Source: a virus
Taxonomy: Duplodnaviria; Caudoviricetes
DNA: 64,000 nt
IMG/VR virus record: IMGVR_UViG_3300025608_000006
Reading direction: 5' to 3' (one strand)
Each line of letters opens with the position of its first letter. Positions within the stretch are counted from its first letter, which is position 1. A program made the position numbers and the translations under genes. The notes beneath the pieces were generated by a model. It was not told the origin of the DNA and made no database searches. It worked only from the letters and a program-made list of their open reading frames with translations. Positions 1 to 8,157 of this stretch are shown here, one piece after another.

Positions 1-1
1 C

Positions 2-817
2 CCAACTGTTATCCAGTTGCGTTACATGGCTGAACTCCTTGGGATCGACATTGGAATCGGTGGTCTTTGGCATGCTGGTAGTTATGATCCTCATGATTTC
101 CTGGGTCGTCTCATAGGAGATGCTCCTTGGGTAAGACATGCTGAAAAGAGCATGTACTATACATACGACGATAACTTTTTTGCTACAGACTTTCATATTG
201 AAATGTTTGTACGCACATTGTTTGCCGATGATCCGTTTGTAGAAGACATGGTGCAAGAAGCACTTAACGGCGAAGAAGAACGTATTTCTCGTGTAGGCTG
301 GCCTATGGAGTATCTTAAAGATAGTCTTACTAGTTACAAAGGAATGGACAAACGCAACCTTATCTTGTTCCCACATCGTGTAGCGCCAGAGAAGCAAGTT
401 GACATATTCCGTGACTTAGCAGAACAACTTCCTGAATATGAGTTTATAGTTTGTCAAGAGCGTGAACTTACAAAGAATGAGTATCACAACTTGTTAGGTG
501 AAGCTAAAATGGTGTTTTCAGCTAATCTGCAAGAAACACTTGGTATCAGTTGGTATGAAGGTGCGCTTGTAGATGCTATTCCTATGGTGCCTGATAGACT
601 GAGCTACAGTGAAATGGCTGTGCCTGAGTTTACATATCCTAGCAAATGGACAGAAGACTACAGCGCATATCGTCAGCATCGCGGTGAGCTTGTTGCTAAG
701 ATTCGTGACTACATGGAAAACTATGATGATTATCTTGTGAGTCTTGAAAAGCAACGCACAAAACTAAACAAAGAATTTTTTAGCGGAGCAGCATTGTATG
801 ACGCAATCAAAGGATGA
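2..817 (+). CDS. Glycosyltransferase, GT-B fold-like (5'-truncated; frame open to window edge)
   Basis: Frame is open from nt 2 (PTVIQLRYMAELL). The C-terminal half has LFPHRVAPEKQ, ANLQETLGISWYEG and AIPMVPDRLSYSE, resembling the GT-B nucleotide-sugar binding region. Confidence 0.65.
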   Translation, partial: PTVIQLRYMAELLGIDIGIGGLWHAGSYDPHDFLGRLIGDAPWVRHAEKSMYYTYDDNFFATDFHIEMFVRTLFADDPFVEDMVQEALNGEEERISRVGWPMEYLKDSLTSYKGMDKRNLILFPHRVAPEKQVDIFRDLAEQLPEYEFIVCQERELTKNEYHNLLGEAKMVFSANLQETLGISWYEGALVDAIPMVPDRLSYSEMAVPEFTYPSKWTEDYSAYRQHRGELVAKIRDYMENYDDYLVSLEKQRTKLNKEFFSGAALYDAIKG

Positions 818-1157
818 CAATGAATATACAATTGATTTGTCTAATATGAACGGAACTACAGATACAATTACTATCACAGGTACAACTGATATGGACAGTA
901 GTTGGGTATCTGTAGGAGATATTACTACATCTACTATAGATATCTCTAGTATACTCTCAGATGATAACATCACATTTGATTGGGATACTATTAACATTTC
1001 GCCAACACTGTGGCAAGACACCTTGCCCGATGTTGAAACTGTTAATAAAATGTGTCAAGAATATCCAGCACTTGCAAAAGCATATGAAAACTTTCAAACA
1101 GTGTATAAACTGGTAGAACAAGATTACAAAGGCAAACAAGAGGACGACAGCCTATGA
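798..1157 (+). CDS. Hypothetical protein, 119 aa
   Basis: ORF overlaps upstream stop and downstream start (ATGA); Thr/Asp/Ser-rich N-terminus. Confidence 0.6.
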   Translation: MTQSKDDNEYTIDLSNMNGTTDTITITGTTDMDSSWVSVGDITTSTIDISSILSDDNITFDWDTINISPTLWQDTLPDVETVNKMCQEYPALAKAYENFQTVYKLVEQDYKGKQEDDSL

Positions 1158-1342
1158 GCATGAACCACGATGCGAAACCCAAAGACGAAGAACTAGAACG
1201 CATGAAAGCAGAGTTCCTTGCTAAAGGCGGTACTGTTACTAAGGGCGAAACTAAAGCTATGCCCAGTGAACTTGGCATTAGTAACAATCAATGGAACAAT
1301 AAATTAACTAAAGCAGAAAAAGATGCAAAGGCGGGCAAATGA
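1154..1342 (+). CDS. Hypothetical protein, 62 aa
   Basis: ATGA overlaps at both ends suggest translational coupling. Confidence 0.65.
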   Translation: MSMNHDAKPKDEELERMKAEFLAKGGTVTKGETKAMPSELGISNNQWNNKLTKAEKDAKAGK

Positions 1343-1881
1343 TTAAAAAACATTACTACAGCTGGCAAGACGTTGAGAACGCTTGTACTAACATTGCACT
1401 ACAGATGTACAAAGATGCGTGGCGTCCTGACTACATTGTAGGCATTACACGTGGTGGCAACATTCCTGCCACTATCCTTAGCAACATGCTGGACATCCGT
1501 TGTGAAGCACTGAAGGTTAGTTTGCGTGATGACGAACAGGGTCCTGAAAGTAATCTTTGGATGAGCGAAGATGCAGTTGGCTATGTAGCAGAAGATGCAT
1601 TAAAAGTTACTGGCGGCCCATTAGAAAAAAAGATTTTGATTGTAGATGATATCAACGATACCGGTGCCACGTTCAACTGGATCAAACAGGATTGGCAGAG
1701 TAGTTGTTTGCCTAATGATCCTAAGTGGGAGAAAATTTGGCATAGTAATGTTCGCTTCGCAACATTAACAGATAATTTAGCAAGTGACTTTGACGGAACA
1801 GTAGACTATACTGTACACGAAATTAACAAAGCAGAAGAAGATGTTTGGCTAGTTTATCCTTGGGAAAACGTCGGACAATAA
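1339..1881 (+). CDS. Type I phosphoribosyltransferase (purine PRTase/Gpt-like)
   Basis: PRPP-binding motif ILIVDDINDTGAT and N-terminal IVGITRGG loop. Confidence 0.85.
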   Translation: MIKKHYYSWQDVENACTNIALQMYKDAWRPDYIVGITRGGNIPATILSNMLDIRCEALKVSLRDDEQGPESNLWMSEDAVGYVAEDALKVTGGPLEKKILIVDDINDTGATFNWIKQDWQSSCLPNDPKWEKIWHSNVRFATLTDNLASDFDGTVDYTVHEINKAEEDVWLVYPWENVGQ

Positions 1882-1905
1882 CAAATCATAACATAGGAAA
1901 GGAAT

Positions 1906-2112
1906 ATGGATTTGAAAGAACAATTAGTAAAAGCAGCACGTATGCATGCTGAAGGAGAGCTCGAAAGAGCAAAGACTAACATTATGGTATATATGAATCA
2001 AAGTGTTGGTATCGGCGAACACTCAGATATTGTAGAAGCTATTCAAACAGAACTTGACACAATGGCAACTGCTAATGATCGTATCGAAATGCTTGAAAAG
2101 TTTTTTGTATAA
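1906..2112 (+). CDS. Hypothetical protein, 68 aa
   Basis: Strong SD (AGGAAAGGA) before ATG; helical-looking sequence with GIGEHSDIVEAI. Confidence 0.7.
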   Translation: MDLKEQLVKAARMHAEGELERAKTNIMVYMNQSVGIGEHSDIVEAIQTELDTMATANDRIEMLEKFFV

Positions 2113-2117
2113 TATAC

Positions 2118-2146
2118 TTGACAAAAGCCTAAATATATGGTATACT
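2118..2146 (+). promoter_or_regulatory. Sigma70-type promoter upstream of folE
   Basis: TTGACA (2118-2123), 17-bp spacer, TATACT (2141-2146). Confidence 0.85.
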
Positions 2147-2202
2147 TATAATATGAGTGTACCATATTTTATGACATCCTCGTCAATAACTCGGAGAAAC
2201 AA

Positions 2203-2886
2203 ATGAAAAAACACGAAGAAATTATCGAACGCTGTAAGAACGCAGACAAGCGTTACTGGGCAGGCGATAACATTGCTCGCTTGCTACAAGACGGCGACAA
2301 AGAACAACTGATTGACGAAGCTACAGAAGCTTTTGAAACTGTACTAGACACACTGATTATTGATCGACATACTGATCCTAATAGCCAAGGCACAGCACGT
2401 CGACTGGCCAAAATGTACTTTAATGAAATTATGGCAGGACGTTACGACTATCGTCCAGATGCAACTGCATTTCCTAATGATTCAGAAGATCGCTATGAAG
2501 GTATGCTTGTGGTACGCTCAGAACTTAAAAGTATGTGTAGTCATCACCACCAGCCAGTAAGCGGCGTAGCGTACATTGGTATTATTGCAGCAGACAAACT
2601 TATTGGACTTAGCAAGTACACACGTATTGCACAGTGGTGCGCTCGACGTGGTACACTGCAAGAAGAACTTGCAAATGATATTGCTCGCGAGATTGCTTAT
2701 TCAACAGGTGCAGAACACTTGGGTGTTTACATTCAAGCTACACATGGCTGTTGTGAAAATCGTGGCATTATGGCACACAGCAGTCTTACACAAACAACTG
2801 TACTCAAAGGTGCGTTTAAAGAAGATGCAGGCACAAAAAAAGAGTTCTTTGACAACATTAAACTACAACAGGAGTTTAGTTGCTAA
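2203..2886 (+). CDS. folE: GTP cyclohydrolase I
   Basis: SMCSHHHQP, GLSKYTRI, LQEEL and HGCCENRG Zn-binding/active-site motifs; SD GGAGA. Confidence 0.95.
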   Translation: MKKHEEIIERCKNADKRYWAGDNIARLLQDGDKEQLIDEATEAFETVLDTLIIDRHTDPNSQGTARRLAKMYFNEIMAGRYDYRPDATAFPNDSEDRYEGMLVVRSELKSMCSHHHQPVSGVAYIGIIAADKLIGLSKYTRIAQWCARRGTLQEELANDIAREIAYSTGAEHLGVYIQATHGCCENRGIMAHSSLTQTTVLKGAFKEDAGTKKEFFDNIKLQQEFSC

Positions 2887-2996
2887 TGGGTGATTATATT
2901 GCAGTGCGTATGGCACAAGTTTTTATTGTGGTGGTATTTGTATTGGGCATGATTAGTCTAGGAATTGAACTTTATACAGGAAGGCTACCGCTATGA
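2886..2996 (+). CDS. Small hydrophobic (single TM-like) protein, 36 aa; not in supplied ORF track
   Basis: MGDYIAVRMAQVFIVVVFVLGMISLGIELYTGRLPL*. The start overlaps the folE stop (TAATG) and the stop overlaps the queE start (ATGA), exactly filling the gap. Confidence 0.65.
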   Translation: MGDYIAVRMAQVFIVVVFVLGMISLGIELYTGRLPL

Positions 2997-3889
2997 AACT
3001 AAGGTATTCAGAAGCATTTTACAGCGTACAAGGTGAAGGTAAGTTTGTAGGAGTACCCAGTGTATTCCTACGTACATTTGGTTGTAACTTTCGTTGCATG
3101 AACTTTGGACTGGGCAAAGGCGAACCTAGTCGTGCAGAGAAACATGCAAACGGACAACGATATAATGAAGAAGTAAAAGCATTGCTGGACGACGGCATTA
3201 TTGCTAAGACCAAAACATTCGAAGACTTGCCTATTATTCACACAGGCTGTGATACATATGCAAGCATTTATCCAGAGTTTAAAGACTTCAACAAGTTAGC
3301 AGAAGTAGACGAAGTGGTTGATCACTTGCTTAGTTTGCTGCCAGAAGGTAAATGGACTATGGATAACGGACAAGACATCCACTTGATTTTAACAGGCGGA
3401 GAACCGTTGTTGGCGTGGCAACGACTGTATGTTGACTTGTTCGAGCACCCACGTATGAAGGATTTAAAAAATGTCACAATTGAAACAAACACTACGCAAC
3501 GCTTACACGAAGATTTCTACAAGTACATCAATGGCCACACAAGACTTACTTTTACCTTCAGTTGCTCACCTAAGCTATCCGTTAGTGGAGAATCTTGGGA
3601 GGACGCTATTAGGCCCGATATTGCTCGCCAATATTTTGATGTGGACGGTAGTGATACTTATTTTAAATTTGTTGTTGCTGATCGTGCAGATATTGATGAA
3701 GCTGGTAGAGCTGTGCAAGCCTATCGCGATGCGGGTGTGGACTGCCCTGTGTACCTTATGCCGATGGGCGGACGTTCGGAAGAGTATAACCTCAATGTAC
3801 AAGAAGTTGCTAACATCTGTATGGAAAAAGGATGGCGATTCACTCCCCGACTCCACATTAGCTTATTCGGAAATGCCTGGGGGACTTGA
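2993..3889 (+). CDS. queE: 7-carboxy-7-deazaguanine synthase (radical SAM) with ~50-aa insertion in the Cys motif
   Basis: FYSVQGEG, VFLRTFGCNFRC...GCDT, LTGGEPLL, ETN, SCSPKL, FKFVV, YLMP and PRLHISLFG are typical QueE motifs; adjacent to folE. Confidence 0.9.
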   Translation: MKLRYSEAFYSVQGEGKFVGVPSVFLRTFGCNFRCMNFGLGKGEPSRAEKHANGQRYNEEVKALLDDGIIAKTKTFEDLPIIHTGCDTYASIYPEFKDFNKLAEVDEVVDHLLSLLPEGKWTMDNGQDIHLILTGGEPLLAWQRLYVDLFEHPRMKDLKNVTIETNTTQRLHEDFYKYINGHTRLTFTFSCSPKLSVSGESWEDAIRPDIARQYFDVDGSDTYFKFVVADRADIDEAGRAVQAYRDAGVDCPVYLMPMGGRSEEYNLNVQEVANICMEKGWRFTPRLHISLFGNAWGT

Positions 3890-3965
3890 TGACGAGGCGT
3901 TAAAAATATTGCGCAATAAAGTCATTACTGAAGAACAGTACGAAACTATAAGGAAACAAATATGA
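3873..3965 (+). CDS. Possible small protein, 30 aa (MPGGLDDEALKILRNKVITEEQYETIRKQI)
   Basis: Fills the gap between queE and the next gene; stop overlaps the next ATG (ATGA). Start uncertain. Confidence 0.4.
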   Translation: MPGGLDDEALKILRNKVITEEQYETIRKQI

Positions 3966-4366
3966 AAAAGTTCTTGAAAGATATAACAGGTATTACTGCT
4001 AAAGAACAAGCACTTGCTGCTGAAAAGGCAGAAGTTGAACAAAAAGAACTAGAGATTCTAAAACAGCGTGATCCTAAAGAATATCACACACGCAAAAAAG
4101 AACCGTGGGTAAATGTAATTGATGTTAAAGTTAATGAAGAGAATGTGCGTAATGGCTTCTTTGAGCTGGACTGGAACGAGTTCTTTATCGCACAATTAGT
4201 CCAAGAAGGCTACGGTGTAGCTAACGATCCAGAAGAAGAAATTGTAGATCGCTGGTTCCGTGACATTGTATATAATATGCTCGACGAAGAAGGACAAGAT
4301 ACTAATCGTGGCGCGGGCTATATTAACGTAGTTCCTATCTCTAAAGGCAAGTCAGAAGTTAGTTGA
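3962..4366 (+). CDS. Hypothetical protein, 134 aa
   Basis: Long ORF in operon context; contains GFFELDWNEFF. Confidence 0.75.
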   Translation: MKKFLKDITGITAKEQALAAEKAEVEQKELEILKQRDPKEYHTRKKEPWVNVIDVKVNEENVRNGFFELDWNEFFIAQLVQEGYGVANDPEEEIVDRWFRDIVYNMLDEEGQDTNRGAGYINVVPISKGKSEVS

Positions 4367-4391
4367 CAACTGTACACAAGGATGTTATACT
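4363..4391 (+). promoter_or_regulatory. Sigma70-type promoter with extended -10
   Basis: TTGACA (4363-4368), 17 bp, TG-N-TATACT (4386-4391); the -35 overlaps the TGA stop of the previous gene. Confidence 0.85.
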
Positions 4392-4423
4392 ATATTTAAA
4401 ATAAAACAATATAAGGCAATACA

Positions 4424-5407
4424 ATGGCAACTTATGTACTAGTAGACACTGCTAACACGTTCTTTAGAGCTCGACACGTTGTACGTGGCGACATTGATAC
4501 AAAAGCAGGTATGGCAATTCATATTACACTTAACAGTGTTAAAAAGGCTTGGACTGACTTTAATGCAGATCATGTTGTATTCTGTTTAGAAGGTCGTAGC
4601 TGGCGTAAAGACTATTATGAACCCTATAAGCGCAACAGACAAGTAGCTCGCGATGCACTTACTCCGCAACAACAAGAAGAAGACACTGTGTTTTGGGAGT
4701 TGTTTGATGAGTTCAAAGACTTTGTAAGTGAGAAAACTAACTGTACTGTTATGCGGCATCCGCAACTCGAAGCAGATGATCTTATTGCAGGTTGGGTACA
4801 ATCACACCCCAATGACAATCATGTTATTATCTCTACAGATGGTGACTTTGCACAACTTATTGCTCCTAATGTACGTCAGTATAACGGAGTAAGTAATGTT
4901 ACAATTACACACGAAGGCTACTTTGACGACAAAGGCAAGCCTGTAATCGACAAGAAAACTAAAGAAGCAAAGCCTGCACCTGAGCCCGACTTTATGTTGT
5001 TTGAAAAGTGTATGCGTGGCGACACAAGTGATAACGTGTTCAGTGCTTATCCAGGTGTGCGCAAGAAAGGTACTAAGAACAAAGTCGGATTGATCGAAGC
5101 ATACGAAGACAAAGGCACTAAAGGATTTAACTGGAATAACATGATGCTACAACGTTGGACTGATCACAACGGCGATGAGCATCGTGTGTTAGATGATTAC
5201 AATCGTAATGTCGTGCTATGTGATCTAACTGCACAACCTGAAGACATTAGAGAGATAATTGACAACACTATTGCAGAAGTTGAACCTAAAAACGTTACAC
5301 AAGTTGGCATGCGTCTTATGAAGTTCTGTGCTAAGTGGGATATGCAACGTATTGCAGATCAGGCACAACAATATGCACAAGCATTACAAGCGAGGTACCC
5401 TAAATGA
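4424..5407 (+). CDS. rnh: RNase H / 5'-3' exonuclease (T4 RNase H, FEN-1 superfamily)
   Basis: LVDTAN, EADDLIA, ISTDGDFAQL and GDTSDNV acidic metal-binding motifs. Confidence 0.9.
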   Translation: MATYVLVDTANTFFRARHVVRGDIDTKAGMAIHITLNSVKKAWTDFNADHVVFCLEGRSWRKDYYEPYKRNRQVARDALTPQQQEEDTVFWELFDEFKDFVSEKTNCTVMRHPQLEADDLIAGWVQSHPNDNHVIISTDGDFAQLIAPNVRQYNGVSNVTITHEGYFDDKGKPVIDKKTKEAKPAPEPDFMLFEKCMRGDTSDNVFSAYPGVRKKGTKNKVGLIEAYEDKGTKGFNWNNMMLQRWTDHNGDEHRVLDDYNRNVVLCDLTAQPEDIREIIDNTIAEVEPKNVTQVGMRLMKFCAKWDMQRIADQAQQYAQALQARYPK

Positions 5408-5877
5408 CACTAAAAGCGAAACCAGTATTAAAAGATAAGTTTTGGATTGTAGAACAAGACGAAAAACGTATCGGAACATTATCATGGAACGATGATAGAT
5501 ATATGTTTTCTAATCATATTGAAACATGTTTCTTTGATAATAAACGACAAATGAAAAAACGATTTGGTACAGATATTGTATGGAGCGATGCAGATACTGT
5601 AGCAGAAATTTCTAAAGAAAAATTCGTTGTACACGGTCTGCCAACTAGTGTTAAGCCATATAATACCATGTATGACATAAAACGTAAACTTCCACTTTTT
5701 ACTAAAAGTGACAAAAGTAAAAGTGTTTATTGTGCAGGATACTACATTATCCGATTTGAAAAATCATGGACTAAAAGTTTTTGTCCTAAGCTAATCACAT
5801 TGGATCGTTACGAAAGTAAAGGGCCGTTTAAGACAGAAATAGAAATGCGTGAGGAACTACGCCGTGCAAAATCTTGA
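5404..5877 (+). CDS. Hypothetical protein, 157 aa
   Basis: Start overlaps rnh stop; basic protein. Confidence 0.75.
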   Translation: MTLKAKPVLKDKFWIVEQDEKRIGTLSWNDDRYMFSNHIETCFFDNKRQMKKRFGTDIVWSDADTVAEISKEKFVVHGLPTSVKPYNTMYDIKRKLPLFTKSDKSKSVYCAGYYIIRFEKSWTKSFCPKLITLDRYESKGPFKTEIEMREELRRAKS

Positions 5878-6106
5878 ACCATTAAACACTATTCCGCTAC
5901 AGCAGTTTTTAAATGCTGTAAAGGCTGCTGAACAAAGTCGTGCAAGAGAAGTTAAACTTGATATCGCTACTGCTAAAACATTAGCATTTACATTAGGTGC
6001 TGTTATGAGCAGACTACACGGAGACTTAGAAAAGCTTGTTGCAGAATCTAAAGGCAATGGCGACGAAACTATTGAAATTAATTTAGATGGTGGATCTAAG
6101 TTTTAA
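5864..6106 (+). CDS. Hypothetical protein, ~80 aa (GTG start)
   Basis: SD GAGGA at ~5851-5855 favours GTG at 5864 over the ORF-track start. Confidence 0.65.
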   Translation: MQNLEPLNTIPLQQFLNAVKAAEQSRAREVKLDIATAKTLAFTLGAVMSRLHGDLEKLVAESKGNGDETIEINLDGGSKF

Positions 6107-6132
6107 TATACGTAGATAACTTTTAAAAGAGA

Positions 6133-6151
6133 TAAATATATGCGTAGTTAA
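6133..6151 (+). promoter_or_regulatory. Late-type promoter hexamer TAAATA followed by motif ATATGCGTAGTTAA
   Basis: TAAATA at 6133-6138. The 14-bp motif at 6138-6151 recurs exactly on the minus strand at 27734-27721. Confidence 0.55.
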
Positions 6152-6168
6152 TTAAAAGGATTATGCAT

Positions 6169-6459
6169 ATGAGCAGACCAAAGCCTAATGTACTATTAGA
6201 GAACATTAATAATAAAACGTACAAAAGTGAGCAAGTTTTAGAAGCAGAAGCTATCTGGGCTGTATTCTATAAAGAAGCGGCATTTAACCTTAAGAGTGCA
6301 AATGCGTTAACTAACTATCCAGGTCCAAAGTATAAGAAAACAAGCTTTAGTAATCCAGGTCATGCACACAATCTTGCTAAAAAACTAAACGAAATGTTTA
6401 AATGCGAAGATTTTGCAGTTTATAAACTTACCACTGGCGAGTTAGTTACAGAAGAATGA
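6169..6459 (+). CDS. Hypothetical protein, 96 aa
   Basis: MSRPKP...YPGPKYKKTSFSNPGHA; SD AAGGA upstream. Confidence 0.75.
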   Translation: MSRPKPNVLLENINNKTYKSEQVLEAEAIWAVFYKEAAFNLKSANALTNYPGPKYKKTSFSNPGHAHNLAKKLNEMFKCEDFAVYKLTTGELVTEE

Positions 6460-6839
6460 ACTGGAAAGAAACATATACCAGACTCTTTTTGAAAGAGCTT
6501 GGAAAAAGTACAAATCCAGCTTCAGTAAAAGAGTACATGCCTCTATGGTGGAAGAACAATAGAGAAAAGGACGAAGGTGGTCTGCGTCTTACAGAAGCTG
6601 GTTTTGATATATTAACAGAAATAAACTTGACAACATATGACATACCATATCCAAGAGATGTACCATTATCTACTCAAGTGATCATACATCTTGACAAGTT
6701 TATTGACTGTCCTTACTATCTTACAAATAGAAGTATTGTAGTAACGAACGAAAAGAAAGCAGTTGAGCTTACTCTTTTCAGTGGCGATTTACGCAAATAT
6801 GGTCTAACCAAAGCGGTTAATAGACAAAAAAAATCCTAA
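6456..6839 (+). CDS. Hypothetical protein, 127 aa
   Basis: ATGA overlap with upstream gene. Confidence 0.75.
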   Translation: MNWKETYTRLFLKELGKSTNPASVKEYMPLWWKNNREKDEGGLRLTEAGFDILTEINLTTYDIPYPRDVPLSTQVIIHLDKFIDCPYYLTNRSIVVTNEKKAVELTLFSGDLRKYGLTKAVNRQKKS

Positions 6840-6877
6840 GTTATTGATAATTAACAAGTTCTTTTTTTAGAAAACAG

Positions 6878-6905
6878 TTGACAAATCCTGTAGATATGTT
6901 ATTAT
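6878..6905 (+). promoter_or_regulatory. Sigma70-type promoter upstream of AAA+ ATPase
   Basis: TTGACA (6878-6883), 16 bp, TG-N-TATTAT (6900-6905). Confidence 0.75.
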
Positions 6906-6956
6906 ATATGTATAGTTTAAATAAACACGCTGATGTAAACAAAGAGGGAATACACA

Positions 6957-8042
6957 ATGGATACTTCAACACGCACAGTTAGCCCAAACGGCGCAAAAAA
7001 CAGCATCAAACATGCGCTTAAAAAGCAACGTCCTATCTTCTTATGGGGTCCTCCAGGTATTGGTAAGAGTGATATTGTACGTCAAGTTAACGACACATTT
7101 TCAAACTCACATCTCATTGACATTCGTTTGAGTCTTTGGGAGCCTACAGACATCAAAGGTATTCCGTACTTTGACAGCAACTCAGGTACAATGGTATGGG
7201 GTGCGCCTAACGAACTTCCTTCAGAAGAGTTTGCAGCACAGTATGACCATATCACACTGTTTTTGGATGAGATGAACTCAGCAGCGCCAAGTGTACAGGC
7301 AGCAGCATATCAGCTTATTCTTAACCGTCGTGTAGGTACTTACAAGTTGCCAGACAATGTTTCAGTTGTTGCGGCAGGCAACCGTGAAGCAGACAAAGGT
7401 GTTACATATCGTATGCCTGCTCCGTTGGCTAACCGCTTTATTCACTTGGAACTTGCTGTTAACTTTGATGATTGGTTCAACTGGGCAGTTGCTAACAATG
7501 AGCACACAGATGTTGTAGGCTACTTGACTTTTGCTAAGAAAGACTTGTATGACTTTGACCCTAGGAGCTCATCACGTTCGTTTGCAACACCTCGTTCGTG
7601 GTCATTTGTAAGTGAGTTGTTGGAAGACGAGTTGGACGAAAACACCACTACAGATCTTGTAGCAGGTGCAGTAGGTGAAGGCTTGGCTGTCAAGTTTATG
7701 GCTCACCGCAAGGTAGCTGCTAACATGCCTAATCCTACTGACATATTAACAGGCAAAGTAAAAGAGTTGAAAACTAAAGAAATTAGTGCTATGTACTCTT
7801 TGACAGTGTCTTTGTGCTACGAACTTAAAGAGTCCTGTGACGCAGGTGATAAGAAGTTTGATGACAAAGTGAACAACTTCTTGCGCTTTTCAATGGATAA
7901 CTTTGACACTGAGCTTGTTGTTATGGGCATTAAGCTTGCACTAACACAATACGGCTTGCCAATTGACCCAGACGAAGTAGAGTGCTTTGATGAGTTCCAC
8001 GACCGTTATGGCAAATATATTAAGGCTGCAAACGCTGCCTAA
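6957..8042 (+). CDS. MoxR-like AAA+ ATPase
   Basis: Walker A GPPGIGKS, Walker B LFLDEMN, sensor AAGNR, ANRF Arg finger, ATPRSW. Confidence 0.9.
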   Translation: MDTSTRTVSPNGAKNSIKHALKKQRPIFLWGPPGIGKSDIVRQVNDTFSNSHLIDIRLSLWEPTDIKGIPYFDSNSGTMVWGAPNELPSEEFAAQYDHITLFLDEMNSAAPSVQAAAYQLILNRRVGTYKLPDNVSVVAAGNREADKGVTYRMPAPLANRFIHLELAVNFDDWFNWAVANNEHTDVVGYLTFAKKDLYDFDPRSSSRSFATPRSWSFVSELLEDELDENTTTDLVAGAVGEGLAVKFMAHRKVAANMPNPTDILTGKVKELKTKEISAMYSLTVSLCYELKESCDAGDKKFDDKVNNFLRFSMDNFDTELVVMGIKLALTQYGLPIDPDEVECFDEFHDRYGKYIKAANAA

Positions 8043-8048
8043 AGAACA

Positions 8049-8085
8049 GAAAGAACGAGTTCTTTTGAGCTTGTTCTTTCCTTTT
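8049..8085 (+). terminator. Rho-independent terminator
   Basis: 14-bp stem GAAAGAACGAGTTC / GAGCTTGTTCTTTC (with G-U pairs), TTTT loop, then CTTTT. Confidence 0.75.
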
Positions 8086-8099
8086 GATTTAAATAATGG

Positions 8100-8127
8100 T
8101 TGACATATACACTACTGATGCTATAAT
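8100..8127 (+). promoter_or_regulatory. Sigma70-type promoter with extended -10
   Basis: TTGACA (8100-8105), 16 bp, TG-C-TATAAT (8122-8127). Confidence 0.85.
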
Positions 8128-8157
8128 ATATGTATAAGTTAGATAAAGGGCAATGAT

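Noticed and set aside
3471-3872. 5' part of the 164-aa ORF 3471-3965
   Set aside because: It overlaps queE out of frame; only the last 30 codons are plausibly a gene.
6838-6872. Terminator before the AAA+ ATPase promoter
   Set aside because: A T-run is present but there is no convincing GC-containing stem.
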